Source: Octopus sinensis (Eukaryota). From it: a stretch of DNA of 64,000 nucleotides. Positions 1 to 13,949 of this stretch are shown here, piece after piece (position 1 is the stretch's first letter; the number at the start of each line of letters is the position of its first letter). The DNA is taken from NCBI RefSeq assembly GCF_006345805.1, contig NC_043002.1, forward strand, positions 8,618,001-8,682,000. Direction: 5' to 3'. The translations under genes were made by a program, and so were the position numbers. The notes under the pieces are model-generated. The model saw only the letters and a program-made list of their open reading frames with translations. It searched no databases and had not been told where the DNA came from.

Positions 1-1143
1 TGGAAGATGCTTTCTGATATATTCATCAGATAGCTTTTATCAAGAAGACGAAGAATAAACTAATTGGCATCCCTCGAGAAAAGGCAAATCTTGAGTACAT
101 ATGAGAAAGGGAAGAAATAGTTCACTGGTAAAAAGGGTTTTTTTTTTGTATGTTTACAGTGGGTATTTATTTGCTGTTGTTTATATTCTTTTATTTTACT
201 ATTTTTCTTTCTTTTTTTTTTTTGGTCAGACTTAATATCTGATGATTGGTCCTAAAAATATATGTTTCACATAGAAATATATAAAATAAATATCAAGGAA
301 ATGGAACTAACTTCCTGAAATATATTGCAATCAGCTTTCGATGAAAAACATCTAATGTAAAAAAGATGGCAACAGCTGTTTGCTTCAGTGAGATGGCGTT
401 TCTAGCTCTGTGATCTTGTCTGTCAATATTTTATCTTTTCCCCCTTAGCTCTTTCTTCTATTCCAATTCCTCACTCTCTCTCTCTTCCTCTTTTTTTTTT
501 CAAAAAAAAAAAAAAAAGCATTTACAAATATGAAAAAGAATGCAAAAAAATATTAGTACAAACACCAACATATTTGTCATTCTAACAGTAGATTCCAAAT
601 TTCATATATTTGGTGGTATATGTAAAAGAATTTTATTTATAACTGTTAGTTACATGTTTTCCCCTCTCAACCCCTCCTCTACCACTCCCTGGCTTCCAGT
701 AAATAAAAGAGGGTATTCTTAGTTCAGATTTGCCACAATTGTACTACACTCCAGTGATTTCTCTCTCTGATAGAAACCCCTTTGAAATGTCAGTCACTTG
801 TTTTGTCCTTCTGTTTGTCTATCTGGTTTCCTCTTTATTAATCTGTTTCTGTTATCTTTCTAGTTATATATGTCAGTTTATCTGACAGCATACATCTATG
901 TCTGTCTCTCGCACACACATACTTACATGTTTTGTTTTTTTTTGTTTCATATGGAAACTATCTCCACAGTCTAAATAAAGTACTTAATATCTGAGAAAGT
1001 AGAGTTAAATATGTTGTTTATTAGTGATTGGACTCACAGGTTTGTAATTGTGTTTCAACCCTTTGGCTCTGGAAAAAATGAATAAAAACCAAAGTGTTGA
1101 AATGAAATTACAATTCCATAAGCCAGTCATTAATACATCATAC

Positions 1144-1176
<33 letters not shown>

Positions 1177-1278
1177 AGTGTGTGTTTCATTAAAGACATA
1201 GCTATATTCTAGTTGTATCCTTTTTATTTCAGATTTCCCATATTTTTGTATTAGTTTCTGGTAGTTAGTTTGAAACAA

Positions 1279-1402
1279 TCATCATCATCATCATTTAGCG
1301 TCCGCTTTCCATGCTAGCATGGGTTGGACGGTTCAACTGGGGTCTGGCAGTGTTTGTACGGCTGGATGCCCTTCCTAACGCCAACCACTCCGTGAGTGTA
1401 GT
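1279..1402 (-). mobile_element. RTE 3' end, short, internally deleted
   Basis: (cat)n ttagcgtccgctttccatgctagcatgggttggacgg. Confidence 0.85.
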
Positions 1403-2034
1403 ATCTAAATCCATACTCAAATATCCTTAAAAGACAGGAGAGTGCAAGAGAGAGCAAACTAAATCAAGTGTATTGCAGAAGCCTTCAATAACATACAAAC
1501 AAACATGCAAGCCCAAAAATGGTTGCTTGACTTGTTAGATATAGCAGTCAAATACTCCTCATGTCACATCTTATCATCATAAAATATAGTACACATTACA
1601 ATAGTTTAGACACATAATGCTTAAACAAAGAAAGAATAAAAACTAAAAAATGATGGTTAGTTCAACAGTTCTTAATATTCTTTCATCATAGCAAATCAAC
1701 AGGGTAAACTCTTCTACAAACTCTCCAAAGGAACAGCTCAAACACCATTGAAGTCAGCTTTGCCTCTTGTTATTTCAAGGCCAATAAAATATGATACGAG
1801 TCCAGGGCGGAGGATTGGTCGAATTGTTAGAGCATTGAATGAGATGCTTGTGGGAATCTCAGTCTAGCTCTTTACATTCTGAATTCTTGAATGGTAGACT
1901 TAATCTATCATTAGTTTAACAACAAGATCTAGTCCTTGGTTCTCTCTGTTGTAAGCATTCGGGCCAAGTCTTTGATCTGAGAATGACTTTCTCCCATCAA
2001 TCTCAGATGTGCTCAAAAAATAAAGAACTATTAA

Positions 2035-2254
2035 CCTTTTAACGTTCAGATTAATCTGTCAAATGTAAAGCCTGTTTAATTACATTGTTTTAAATTAATT
2101 GTACAGCATCTTGTAACTCTGAGATTTTGATGATGTCCCTGTTTATTTTTAGAATGACTTTGCAGGGTAGGTGTGAGAGGTCAGAGCTGGCTGGTTTGAG
2201 CATAAAACAGGAAGACAATTTTGGCCTGGTATGGCCAGTTTAAACATTAAAGGG
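2035..2254. mobile_element. piggyBac-like MITE, family A
   Basis: ttaa|ccttttt ... aaaggg|ttaa; homologous to 27462-27681. Confidence 0.75.
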
Positions 2255-3149
2255 TTAAAGTATATGAAGGTTATATTTTGCTGATGGAGTCAAAACAATT
2301 CTAAAACATAACCAGGATTCTTTTCCATATCTTTCAGAAACAAATGGAACCAATTTTGACTAATATTGATTTTTCTCAGCCTGGACATCTTATTACTATC
2401 TCATTACATCATCATTAGCAGAAAAAGTAGCCGAAGTGATAATGGAAGACTTACTAAAAGTGTTGAATGGAATCGGTATATCGGTAATGCGTGGGAAATT
2501 GTTCCAAAGACAATCGTGCATCTCCATGTAAAGTAATTGTATTTATTTTAGAACTTCAGATTAATTCTAATTTTAAAATTTCAGACTAATTTAAATTATT
2601 CTAATTAATTAGAAAGTGTTTCCATTACACAGGAAAACAGGAATGAGCTATCAGTCATTGCTCTTTCACATAAAGTGTTGAAAAACAGATCTGTTGAAAT
2701 GTATGAATATTCCATATGAAAATTAATGAGTTTATCAGCTTAAACTAAATAACCAAATAAATATAGCCAACATATTTAAATTTATCTCCTTACAAATTTA
2801 ACTCTTTTTTTTTTTCTATCTGTCTATCTATCTAAGTATATCTATCTATAGATAGGTAAGTAGATAACGTGTGAAAATTAGGTATGGAAATTAATGGATT
2901 TATCAACCTTAACTAAATAATTGGATAAATAAAGCTAACATCTATCTATCAATCTATTTCATTTTCTATATCTATGTTTTTCTCTTTCTCTCTTTCTCTC
3001 TATTTATTGAGATACAAATGGGTTTTATTGGACATTCTATATGTGGGACTTGTTCATTATTGCTAGTTTTCTTTGTTTAAATATTCATTCCTAGTGGCAG
3101 AGTGTATATAGTGGGAGTAAAATTAGTTGAGATATGGCTGCAATACAAA

Positions 3150-3707
3150 TCATCATCATCATCGTTTAATGTCCGCTTTCCATGCTAGCATGGGTTGGAC
3201 GATTTGACTGAGGTCTGACGAATCAGACTCCAGTCTGATCTGGCAGAGTTTCTACAGCTGGATGCCCTTCCTAATGCCAACCACTCCGAGAGTATAGTGG
3301 GTGCTTTTACGTGTCACCAACACGAGGGCCAGTTTGGTGGTACTGGCAACGACCACATCCAAATGGTGCTTTTTATGTGCCACCTGCACAGGAGCCAGTC
3401 CAGCGGCATTGGCAACGACCTCGCTCGAATGTTTCATGTGCCACCAGCACAAGTGCTAGTAAGGCGACCCGGTAATGATCACACTCGAATGGTGTGTTTA
3501 ACGTGCCATTGGCACGAAGGCCAGCTTGTTGCTCTGGCAACGATCTCACTCGTATGGTACTCTTGGCACTCCACTAGCAACGGATGCCAGTCACCAAGTT
3601 TGATTTCGACCTCGATTTCACTTGCCTCAACTGGTCTTCGCAAGCAGGGTTTAGTGTCCAGTGAAGAAAAGGCACGCATAAGTGGACTGGTTAACATATT
3701 TCAATGA
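3150..3707 (-). mobile_element. RTE 3' UTR copy with hairpin modules
   Basis: Shared 3' end plus ~5 modules. Confidence 0.85.
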
Positions 3708-4629
3708 CCATGGTAGCACATGATTTCAACACTGTAGAGTAATGGAAACATTTGTTAATTGTATGCTAATTGTAAATTTGTAACCTACAATGTTCAAAAT
3801 TGTACCTACTCATGATATCTATATATATCAAGGTGAACTTTGGAAACAAATGTCCTACCCATTTCAGGTAATTTTCAAACCTAACGAACGAGTAATGTAT
3901 TTTTAGTCTTTTGTCTTTTACTTGTTCCAGTTATTAGACTGCAGCTGGGGCACCGTCTTGAAGAATTTTAGTCAAACAAATCGACACTAGTACTTATTTT
4001 TTAAAGCCTAGTTTTCTATTGGCTTCTTTTGTCAAACTGCTAAGTTACAAAGATGTACACCAACATTGGTTGTCAACCGGTGGTGGGACACACACACACA
4101 CACGTCTATATGATGGGATTCTTTCAGTTTCTATCTACCAAATCCACTTACAAGGCTTTGACAGGCTTGAGGATATAATAGAAGACACTTGCCCATGGTG
4201 TGATGCAGTAGGACTGAACCTGGAACCATGTGGTTGTGAAATAAACTTTTTACCATGCAGCCATGCCTGTGTCTATAATGCATGTAGGCCTTTGTTATTT
4301 TTCTGTCCTAAATCAGACCTGATTGAGCAAACCTATGATGAAAAGCATTGCAGCCAAGACCAAATACCTTTTATTCATGTATAATATATCTAGAACTCAT
4401 CAGCATCAATTTTACATTTTCTTTTCATGTTTGTCTGGGTAGGACAGGTTTTGTCCAGGGCAGAGTTTTCCTACCAGCTGCAACAATCACTAGTCATTTT
4501 CTTCAAAGGGTCCAGCATCCAAAGATCAAATTTTATCTCCCCTTTTCAAGTCTCTCTTCCACAGCTTCCTTGTTCTTGGTTCCTTCAGCAACCAACTGCT
4601 TTTTTTTTTCCCCTATCATTAGTCCATAT

Positions 4630-4961
4630 ACCGTGCTGGTGGCACCTAAAAAGCACCATTCATACATGGCGATGCCAGCGCCGCCTTGACTGGCTTCCGT
4701 GCCGGTGGCACGTAAAAAGCACCAACTGATCATGGCCGTTGCCAGCCTACCCTGGCACCTGTGCCAGTGGCACGTAAAAAGACCCCACTACACTCACAGA
4801 GTGGTTGGCGTTAGTAAGGGCATCCAGCTGTAGAAACATGGCCAGATCAGACTCTGGAGCCTGGTGCAGCCTCCTGGCTTCCCAGACCCCGGTCGAACCG
4901 TCCAACCTATGCTATCATGGAACACGGATGTTAAACAATGATGATGATGATGATGATGATG
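4630..4961 (+). mobile_element. RTE 3' UTR copy
   Basis: Modules, shared 3' end, (gat)n tail. Confidence 0.85.
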
Positions 4962-5550
4962 ACTACCTCCAGTATCATTTTTTACATGACCGTTCCTTTA
5001 ATTTTTTTAGGACCACAAGGTGTGATATAAAAACGATTTACCTGCTGTTCCTAGCAAGTTAGATATCCACATAGTAGAGGTTCTCTTGTTCACACACACA
5101 CACTCATAAATCTCTCATAACTTTACATGGGCTCTCAGACTGGTTATTGTTCTAAACCCCTGATCCTTGTATAAAGTCAAATATATTTTGATTTGCCAAG
5201 GATTCATGTGTTGCTATGGAAAGATCCGGAGTAAGAAGACGAAGCACCTGAACTGAGTACATGTGACAAAGTGGACCCTGCAAAAAGGCAAACAAGGACT
5301 GAATTTGGGGATTAGACTGAGGACAGGTTAAGTCTAGAAATACATTAAAATATATATATATATATATTATACTCAGCTATTACTCAACATCTAAGAAACA
5401 TTCTTCAAATTAGCTATGTGACTGTGACACAATTGCTGAGCAGATGGCTAACAGAAATATAACACACAAGGCAGATGCTAATACTACGGTCTAAACTGAA
5501 TGAATTTGGGGGCTCTCTCTCTCTTTCTCTCACACACTCTCTCTCTCTCT

Positions 5551-5589
<39 letters not shown>

Positions 5590-5620
5590 TATATACATAT
5601 ACACACACACACTCACACAC

Positions 5621-5853
5621 AAAATTTAGAGGATTGACCACTAAAAGTGGACATCCTGTATGCTAGATATAGACGTCAGAATTGCCATTTTCCATGAAGA
5701 GTGTGTTCTCAAGAAAAAATTCAGCAAAAAACCAAAGCTTTGATTTTTTGCTGAATTTTTTCTTGAGAACACATTCTTTGTGGAAAATGGCAATTCTGAC
5801 GTCTATATCTAGCATACAGGATGTCCACTTTTAGTGGTCAATCCTCTAAATTT

Positions 5854-5854
<1 letters not shown>
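5621..5854. repeat. Near-perfect spacerless palindrome (foldback element)
   Basis: 117-bp arms centred on aaagcttt (5734-5741), about 4 mismatches, mirrored (CA)n/(TG)n and (TA)n flanks. Confidence 0.95.
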
Positions 5855-5891
<37 letters not shown>

Positions 5892-5897
5892 CATATA

Positions 5898-6294
5898 GGC
5901 GCAGGAGTGGCTGTGTGGTAAGTAGCTTGCTAACCAACCACATGGCTCCGGGTTCAGTCCCACTGCGTGGCATCTTGGGCAAGTGTCTTCTGCTATAGCC
6001 CCGGGTCGACCAATGCCTTGTGAGTGAATTTGGTAGACGGAAACTGAAAGAAGGCTGTCGTATATATGTATATATATATATGTGTGCGTGTGTTTGTGTG
6101 TCTGTGTTTGTCCCCCTAGCATTGCTTGACAACCGATGTTGGTGTGTTTACGTCCCCGTCACTTAGCGGTTCGGCAAAAGAGACCGATAGAATAAGTACT
6201 GGGCTTACAAAGAATAAGTCCCGGGGTCGATTTGCCCGACTAAAGGTGGTGCTCCAGCATGGCCGCAGTCAAATGACTGAAACAAGTAAAAGAG
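5898..6294 (+). mobile_element. tRNA-derived SINE family 1, full length
   Basis: A box tggctgtgtgg, B box ggttcagtccc, CORE-like ccttgggcaagtgtctt, central microsatellite, end gactgaaacaagtaaaagag. Confidence 0.9.
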
Positions 6295-7167
6295 TATATA
6301 TATATATATACACACACGCATACATAAATACATACATATATATATTACACACACACACAAGTCTTTATCAGCTTCAGTGTGTGTGTGTGTGTGTAATTAT
6401 AGGGAAGAGAAAAAGAGAGAGACTGGTATCTGGTCAAAAATTTCCCATCTTGTTTTAGAAATATTAACTTAACCTTCTTCCTGTTGCTGGCTACAGACAT
6501 TCTTACTACAACAAATGTAAAGGAGATTATGCAATCAGGATTATTAAAGATTAATTCTCAAACAAGGATTTATCAGGAGAGTGGTGGGGACCTGGCTTAT
6601 AACAATTTATTGGAATATATGTTTCAGGCCAAAAGGATAGTCATTGCTTGACTATGTCCTAAATTTTGATTTCATACTCACTAAAAGTGCTTCGTTGTTG
6701 TTTGCAGACACATTCACTTCTAAGAAGTTTAATTAATTCAGCCAGCAATCAGGCAAATGCTACCTGTGATGTATTTGTTCATAAAAAACTACTTCTAGGG
6801 ACAAATAATGTTCTAATACTACTTTAATGGAATATATATTTTAGAAAAGTCCATTATCTGCTATAAAGACAACACCAAATAGATTTACTAGAAATAATTA
6901 GCATCTATTCACAATAAACAAAATAAGCTTTGACACAATTGTGCCATGAGTAAATGTGGTTGAGAGAACAGAGAACAAAATGAATGTTACCGGCAATGGA
7001 AATATTATTTGCTACTAAATTAATTGAAACAGCAAAGTGAAACCACCACCAATAACAATAACAACAACAACTGAAACAATAATTTCCTACAGTACTAATG
7101 CTGAATAATGTAGAATAAGGAAAGCCTTTCAAAGAGATGTTGTTAAAAATTAACAGACACCTCTGTA

Positions 7168-7341
7168 GGCGTAGGAGTGGCTGTGTGGTAAGTAGCTTGC
7201 TTACCAACCACATGGTTCCGGGTTCAGTCCCATTGCGTGGCACCTTGGGCAAGTGTCTTCTACTATAGCCTCGGGCCGACCAAAACTTTGCGAGTGGATT
7301 TGGTAGACGGAAACTGAAAGAAGCCTGTCGTATATATATTG

Positions 7342-7374
<33 letters not shown>

Positions 7375-7589
7375 GTGTGTGTATATGTTTGTGTGTATGT
7401 GTTTGTCCCCCCAACATCGCTTGACAACCAATGCTGGTGTGTTTATGTCCCCATAACTTAGCGGCTCGGCAAAAGAGACCAATACAATAAGTACTAGGCT
7501 TACTAAGAATAAGTCGTGGGGTCGATATGCTCGACTAAAGGCGATGCTCCAGTATGGCCACAGTCATATGACTGAAACAAGTAAAAGAG
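7168..7589 (+). mobile_element. SINE family 1, full length
   Basis: Collinear with 5898-6294. Confidence 0.9.
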
Positions 7590-8289
7590 CAAAAGAGACA
7601 TTATAAACAACAAACAATAACCAATGAGAAACTAAACAAAATCAAGGAGAGCAACAATCTAAGGTTTTATATATCTGTAAAGATTTTTCTATGCAGCAAT
7701 TCTAAGAATACTATATATAGTGGTAAGGCAAGAACTAAGTCAACAGAGAAATGTTCAACTGCCAATTGTCTCCCTGCAAGGATTATATTTCTGTTGGCAT
7801 TTTTGTTACCTTACCAATAATGTATATCTACTATTCTAAAGAATTCAGAGTTGGTTACGGTTTCAGGAGGGATAAGTAACTGTATGTTTCTCTCCCCTAC
7901 TCCATATATAGCTTTATAGTACCAAATTATTGAAATTTAATTTTTTTTCTAATGTGAGTGTGTTTACACATTCACACATTAGTAAAAAATTAAACCAAAT
8001 ATAGTTGGTTGTCTAGTTGTTGATTGAAACCATTCCAGGCATGACATGCAGTCTTTTTGGTTTCCATACAAGGAACTACATTATCTAATATATCCTTTTA
8101 ATTATTTTTTAAGATGGTAGAGCCTGATTTGAAGAAATTTGGTTGCTTTCCAAGTAGGTCAAGCTCCCTCCTTCACTCGTAACTGATCCAATCCTTTACA
8201 TTTCAGCTGATATTGGAAATCTTGCAGCAACAACAGCATCATTTCAGTGTTCTGTGGCACGAAGAAATGAAGTGACTTCTCCACTATTA

Positions 8290-8670
8290 CTCTTTTACTT
8301 GTTTCAGTCATTTGACTGCGGCCATGCTGGAGCACCGCCTTTAGTCGAGCAACTCGACCCCGGGACTTATTCTTTTGTAAGCCCAATACTTATTCTATCA
8401 GTCTCTTTTGCCGAACCGCTAAGTAACGGGGACATAAACACAGCAGCATTGGTTGTCAAGCAATGCTAGGGGAAGACACACAAACACACATGCATATATA
8501 TATAAACATATATATGACGGGCTTCTTTCAGTTTCTGTCTACCAAATCCACTCACAAGGCTTTGGTCGGCCCGAGGCTATAGTAGAAGACACTTGCCCAA
8601 GGTGCCACGCAGTGGGACTGAACCCGGAACCATGTGGTTGGTAAACAAGCTACTTACCACACAGCCACTC
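8290..8670 (-). mobile_element. SINE family 1
   Basis: Reverse complement of family 1. Confidence 0.9.
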
Positions 8671-9648
8671 TATTGTGGAGAAAAATTCTACATTACACAC
8701 TAACATCTCAAATACCAAACTATTAAAAGTAGCAACAGGTTCTCCACTAACGACCAGAACCAGATATGTAAACAATTTAAGAAGAATTATATTTCTCTCC
8801 AAATTCTGTTTCCTTGGAATTACTTATCCCTGGGACCACAATTTATGAGAGAAAGAGAATCTGAGGGAGGTGTGAAGGACGTCCCTTTTTCTCATTAAAA
8901 CATCTCCTCACACACTTAGATTCTTGTTTTTTTTATTTTCTCATAAAATATAAAATTTTCCTTAGTGCTTATTTTAAAAGCTTCAAAAGTAATTATTGAA
9001 AACCTTTATAATGTATGAACACAAATTAGCTGTTAGAATTTGAAGCAGATTCTATGAACTGAATTAAAAACATTGAATGTCTGCTTTATTATAGGGTGAA
9101 TAGATAAATGTTTGATGAATTTATAGGTAAACTGTGTAGAATGAACAGCAAAATACGGAATTACGAGCAAAATACTATTAATAGGATTCCAATCTCCACA
9201 TCTTTTTATTTTCAAACAAACAACTTGTTTTGATCTCAATCTTTAATTGTAAATAACCAAATTTACTAAACATATAAATTCATGAAAAAAGAGGGGCTTT
9301 TTCTTTCTTTCTTTGTTCCTTTTTAGAATAAATGCTGAATTCAAAAACAACTTATTCACATATGTCAGTCAACGTGACACAACATGAGTATTTACTGTCT
9401 TGGTTAATGGATTTAGATATCCTACAGAAGATCTTTAGAAGTATGGCTACAAAAAGAAGAAAAGCTATTTGACTTTGTTTCTATGCAATTCCATGATGAA
9501 ATTAAGGCCTTTACTTAATCTGAAAGGTAAAGATTAACTTAGACCAATTGAGTAAACCTATCAGTAATGTACTTAAAATGACTACTGGAAACAACTGAAA
9601 GCCAAATTTACTCTAATAAAAGAATTATAATTTTTAATGTGTTTCTTG

Positions 9649-9679
<31 letters not shown>

Positions 9680-9877
9680 TGTGTGTGTGTGTGTACAGTA
9701 GTAGGATTCATTAGGATCTAGGTATTTCAACATGTAGGGTGCCAGTATAGGCCAAGTATTGAATTTACAATACTCTGGAGCAACTTAAAGCTGTCGTTAG
9801 CTAGCTGTATGCTATAATTATTCACATATACACTCACACTCTCTATATATAATTACACATAAACAGATGCAAATATA

Positions 9878-11030
9878 TTGAGTCGTCCTATAAATAATGC
9901 AGTTTTTTCGATTGCATGAAATAAAAAAAGTCAGAGGAGGATGGAGTGAACTACCTGTATCAATTTGCTATAAAAGCAGATAGTAAGTTTATCTTGTACT
10001 TATTCTTAGTGCAAGTTTTGAAGAGTGCAGTTTGATTTTAGCAGTTACTTTTTTCAAAACAATAATGGAAGCGACAGAGTGGCATATTCAGCATATTTTG
10101 CTTTATGAGTTCAATAAAGCCAATGGAAAGTGCAAGGAATATTAATGCATTATATCCCCATATACTGACAATAAGCATGAGCCAGTGTCAACAGTGGTTC
10201 CAGAAATTCCAAGCCAGAAACTACAGCGTAGAAGATGAGCCTTGTCCTAGAAGATCTGGAGAGCTCAACAAGTATGTCCTGAAAACCCTGGTGGAAAAAA
10301 ATCCCATCATAACTATTGAGGAATTAGCAGAGAAGCTTGGATTTGGTCATTCAACCATTCATTGATACCTGCATTCCATCAGCAGAGTCAACAAATTTGG
10401 TCAATGGCTCCTCACAAACTTTCTGAGTCTAATTACATGCAGAGAGTAAATGTTTGCTCTTCTTTGCTGTCACGTCTCATGAATGAACCTTTTTTGGACC
10501 AAATATTGACTGGTGATAAGAACTGGGTTCTCTATAAAAATGTCAAGCACTGAAGACAATGGGTAGGGAAAGGAGAAACACTGGTACCCCAGGCTAAAGA
10601 AGGTCTTCACCCACATAAGGTGTTGTAGTCTGTTTGAAGGGATATGAAAGATTTAGTTCACTTTGAACTTTTAAAACCCAAACCAAACGATAACAAAGGA
10701 GATCTACTGTAAACAGCTTGAGCAGCTTAAGTCAGCGCTAAAAGAAAAACGATCATCTTTGGTTTCAAGAGGAAAGGTGTTCTTCCATCAGGATAATTCT
10801 CAGCCACATACAGCAACAATGACATTCCAAAGGCTAGAGCAGTTTGAATGGGAAACTATTCCCCACCTACCATATTCACCGTACATTTCCCTATGTGATT
10901 ATCATTTTTTCCACAGTCTTCAAAATCATTTGGACGGAAATAATATGAATTCTGTAGATGAAGTCAGAACAGAACTCGAGGAGTATTTTTCGTCACGAAC
11001 AAGTGAATTTTGGAAGAGGGGCCTTGCAAG
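9878..11030 (+). mobile_element. Decayed mariner (DD34D) transposon, 3'-truncated
   Basis: ATG at 10065; broken frames give HILLYEFNK, SQCQQWFQKFQARNYSVEDEP, TGDKNW, HQDNSQPH, PHLPYSPYISLCDYH; frameshifts and stops; no right TIR. Confidence 0.93.
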
Positions 11031-11049
11031 ATTACATCATGACAAAAAA

Positions 11050-11260
11050 AAAATCTGCCATCTATGTGGCACTAGCCAGTGCTGGTGCCACATTAAAAAT
11101 GCTCAGTCCACTTTCTGAGGTGGTTGGCATCCAGCCATTAAAGCCATACCAAAACAGATCCTGAAGCCTAGTGCAGTCTTTCGCCTGGCCAGCTCCTGTC
11201 AAGCCGTTCAACTCATGCCAGCATGGAAAATGGGCATTAAATGATGATGATTATGGTAAT
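11050..11260 (+). mobile_element. Degraded RTE 3' UTR copy abutting the truncated mariner
   Basis: ggcatccagcc...gcatggaaaatgggcattaaatgatgatg. Confidence 0.7.
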
Positions 11261-11344
11261 GATTGTGTCAAGAAAATGCTGTTGTGAATTCTGAACCCCA
11301 CTTGTGTTCTTCTTTTATATATATGTATATTTATAAAATTCGAT

Positions 11345-11748
11345 GACTGGCGTCCGTGCTAGCAGGGTGCAAAGAGCACAATACAAGTGTGATCATTGAC
11401 AGAGCAGCTAACCGGCTTCCGTGCCAGTGGCACTTAAAAGGCACCATTCGGGCGTGATCATTACCAGCGTTGCCTTACTGGCACTCGAGCCCCGTGCTAG
11501 TAGGGTATCAAGAGCACCTTTCGAGCGAGGTCGTTGCCAGTACCGTTTGACTGGTCCCATGCCGGTGGCATGTAAAAGCACCCACTACACTCTCAGAGTG
11601 GTTGTCGTTAGGAAGGGCATCCAGCTGTAGAAACTCTGCCAGATCAAGATTGGAGCCTAGTGCAGCCATCTGGTTCGCCAGCCCTCAGTCATTCGTCCAG
11701 CTCATGCTAGTATGGAAAGTGGACGTTAAACGATGATGATGACGATGA
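11345..11748 (+). mobile_element. RTE 3' UTR copy
   Basis: Modules, shared 3' end, tail. Confidence 0.85.
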
Positions 11749-11759
11749 TATATATATAA

Positions 11760-12025
11760 AACATGACCAACCAGGCTATCAGATGTTAAACATCACTGGT
11801 AACAATGCACTCGGCATCGTTTTAGTTTTCAAATGATGCCACCCATCTGGCTTGGCAAGTGAGCTAACATTCCCCCTGACCAGAAGGCTGTTCTGTCGCA
11901 GGGTTACTGGAATAATGTGAAATGAAGTGTCTTGCTCAAGAACACAATGTGCTACTCAGTCCAGGAACTGAATCCAGATTTACTAGATCTTGAATACAAC
12001 ACCCTAACCACTAGGCCACACACTT
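11760..12025 (-). mobile_element. Degraded tRNA-derived SINE (Meta/CORE-like)
   Basis: Head tggcctagtggttaggg; gtgttcttgagcaagacactt. Confidence 0.6.
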
Positions 12026-12213
12026 TCGCACACACACATGTACATATATTTAGGAAGGGTATGGCATGCTTGGCAACAGGAAGAGCATCCGGCCATGGTA
12101 AATCGGCCTCAAGGAATTGTGTCTAACCCATGAAAGCATGGAAAAGATGTTAAAACAATGAAAAGTTAAAGTTTAGTATTTAGTAATACTAAACTTTATA
12201 CTAAAATACATAA

Positions 12214-12605
12214 GCGTAGAAGTGGCTGTGTGGTAAGTAGTTTGCTTACCAACCACATGGTTCTGGGTTCAGTCCCACTGCATGGCACCTTGAGCAAGTG
12301 GCTTCTACTATAGCTTCGGGCCTACCAAAGCCTTGTGAGTGGATTTGGTAGACGGAAACTGAAAGAAGCCCATTGTATATATGTATATACATGTGTGTAT
12401 ATGTTTGCATGTCTGTGTTTGTCCCCTCAACATCGCTTGACAACTGATGCTGGTATGTTTACATCACCGTTACATAGCGGTTCGGCAAAAGAGACCGATA
12501 GAATAAGTACTAGGCTTACAAAGAATAAGTCCTGGGGTCGATTCGCTCGACTAAAGGTGGTGCTCCAGCATGGCCGTAGTCAAATGACTGAAACAAGTAA
12601 AGAGT
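12214..12605 (+). mobile_element. SINE family 1
   Basis: Collinear with 5898-6294. Confidence 0.9.
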
Positions 12606-13272
12606 ATTATATTTATGAAAAGTTTTCCTTTCTCATTACCTGTATTAATCTTCAAGGTAAAGCACAACCTATCTACAATGCTGTTGCACAACCTATTCTA
12701 CAATGCTGTTGATGTGTATCTCATTAACTTACCTGCTGATAAAAATTTAAATGTTACTCCAGCTTCTTGGGTGATGGTATCACTATTCACTCCTCGATTT
12801 CAATTAATTTTTTTATGTAAGTTATGGTTTAAACATAATGTCAAAAATTAAAAAAACTTAGCTTTGACTGAAATTCTCTAATATTCTGCTGTCTCTGATG
12901 ACATACAAGGATACTAAATTCATTTATAAATGATAGAAAGATATAAGAATACTTAACTATAATTAGATTTGAGCATTCAGTGCTTTAAATTGAAGATTAA
13001 TATTGGTGATTGGATCAGAAAATTCCTTTTCATAAACACAATAGAAAATGCTAAACTTCAACTGAACTTAAAGTTTTATGTTCTACATTACACTGAACAA
13101 AACAAACCACTTCACACCTGCCACTAAAAAGGTAGCCGGGGAGACAGAAGGAGAAAATGGTACAGTATATGAATGATACAAACAGTACTATCTATAGTAA
13201 TGTTAGGTAAAAGTCAGATCCCTTTCTAAACTAATCATGAATATAAGTATTAAGGTATTTGTCACCATTACT

Positions 13273-13684
13273 GGATCTTTTCGGTTTGACCGGCAGTTTT
13301 TTAAAATAATTTCCACGTAACTAAACACTTTTAAACTTCGTATACTGGTAGAATGTGTTTATAAAGCATCTTTTTCTCTTGGCTTTATTGAGAAAATTCT
13401 ATAGTTTGTAAGATATTTGTTGTTTTTTTTCTTCAATTTCTGCAATTTCAACCAATCAATGATGTCTATTTGAGGTGAAAACATTCTGTGCCGTATGAAT
13501 ATGTCCCTCATTTAAGAAACAGATCGGGTTTATTTACATTTGTGAAGAAAAAAAGATACCCCCACCGCTAACCCTAACCCTAAAACAGATTGAAATGCAA
13601 TAGATCGATACTAGGGTCATAATTATGGGTGACAATTTCATATGACACTGCTAGAAAAATCTGCCGTTCAAACCAAAAAGATCC
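13273..13684. mobile_element. MITE with 8-bp TSD (Merlin- or hAT-like), copy 1
   Basis: TIR ggatcttttcggtttga.cggcag; flanks ccattact / ccatttct; internal (ccctaa)n. Confidence 0.85.
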
Positions 13685-13949
13685 CCATTTCTAACTATAA
13701 ACAGCTATTAGTTTCAGCCTTCTCAAGCAAAAGCTTCATTAGTTTAAAAGAATTTTCCAAGTGCATAACAGTTAAACCAGAGTTGATAAAATAAAGTATC
13801 CGTTAAGTAATAAAGATTGATTCACTTGGGGGCTACTCCCACCTTCAAAAAGGCAAATTTGAGCCCTGTATCTATTTTAGAAACCAATGGTTATTTCAAT
13901 TCTGTTACTTTTTGTTGTTAACTGTTTTCATTATAATAATAAAGAGAAC

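Noticed and set aside
2360-2530. Coding-looking segment with a plus-strand acceptor
   Set aside because: Several short open frames on both strands, none recognisable.
12662-12710. 24/25-bp tandem duplication
   Set aside because: Ordinary slippage duplication with no further structure.
13560-13585. (CCCTAA)n as an interstitial telomere
   Set aside because: Only 2-3 units, at the same position in both MITE copies, so part of the element.
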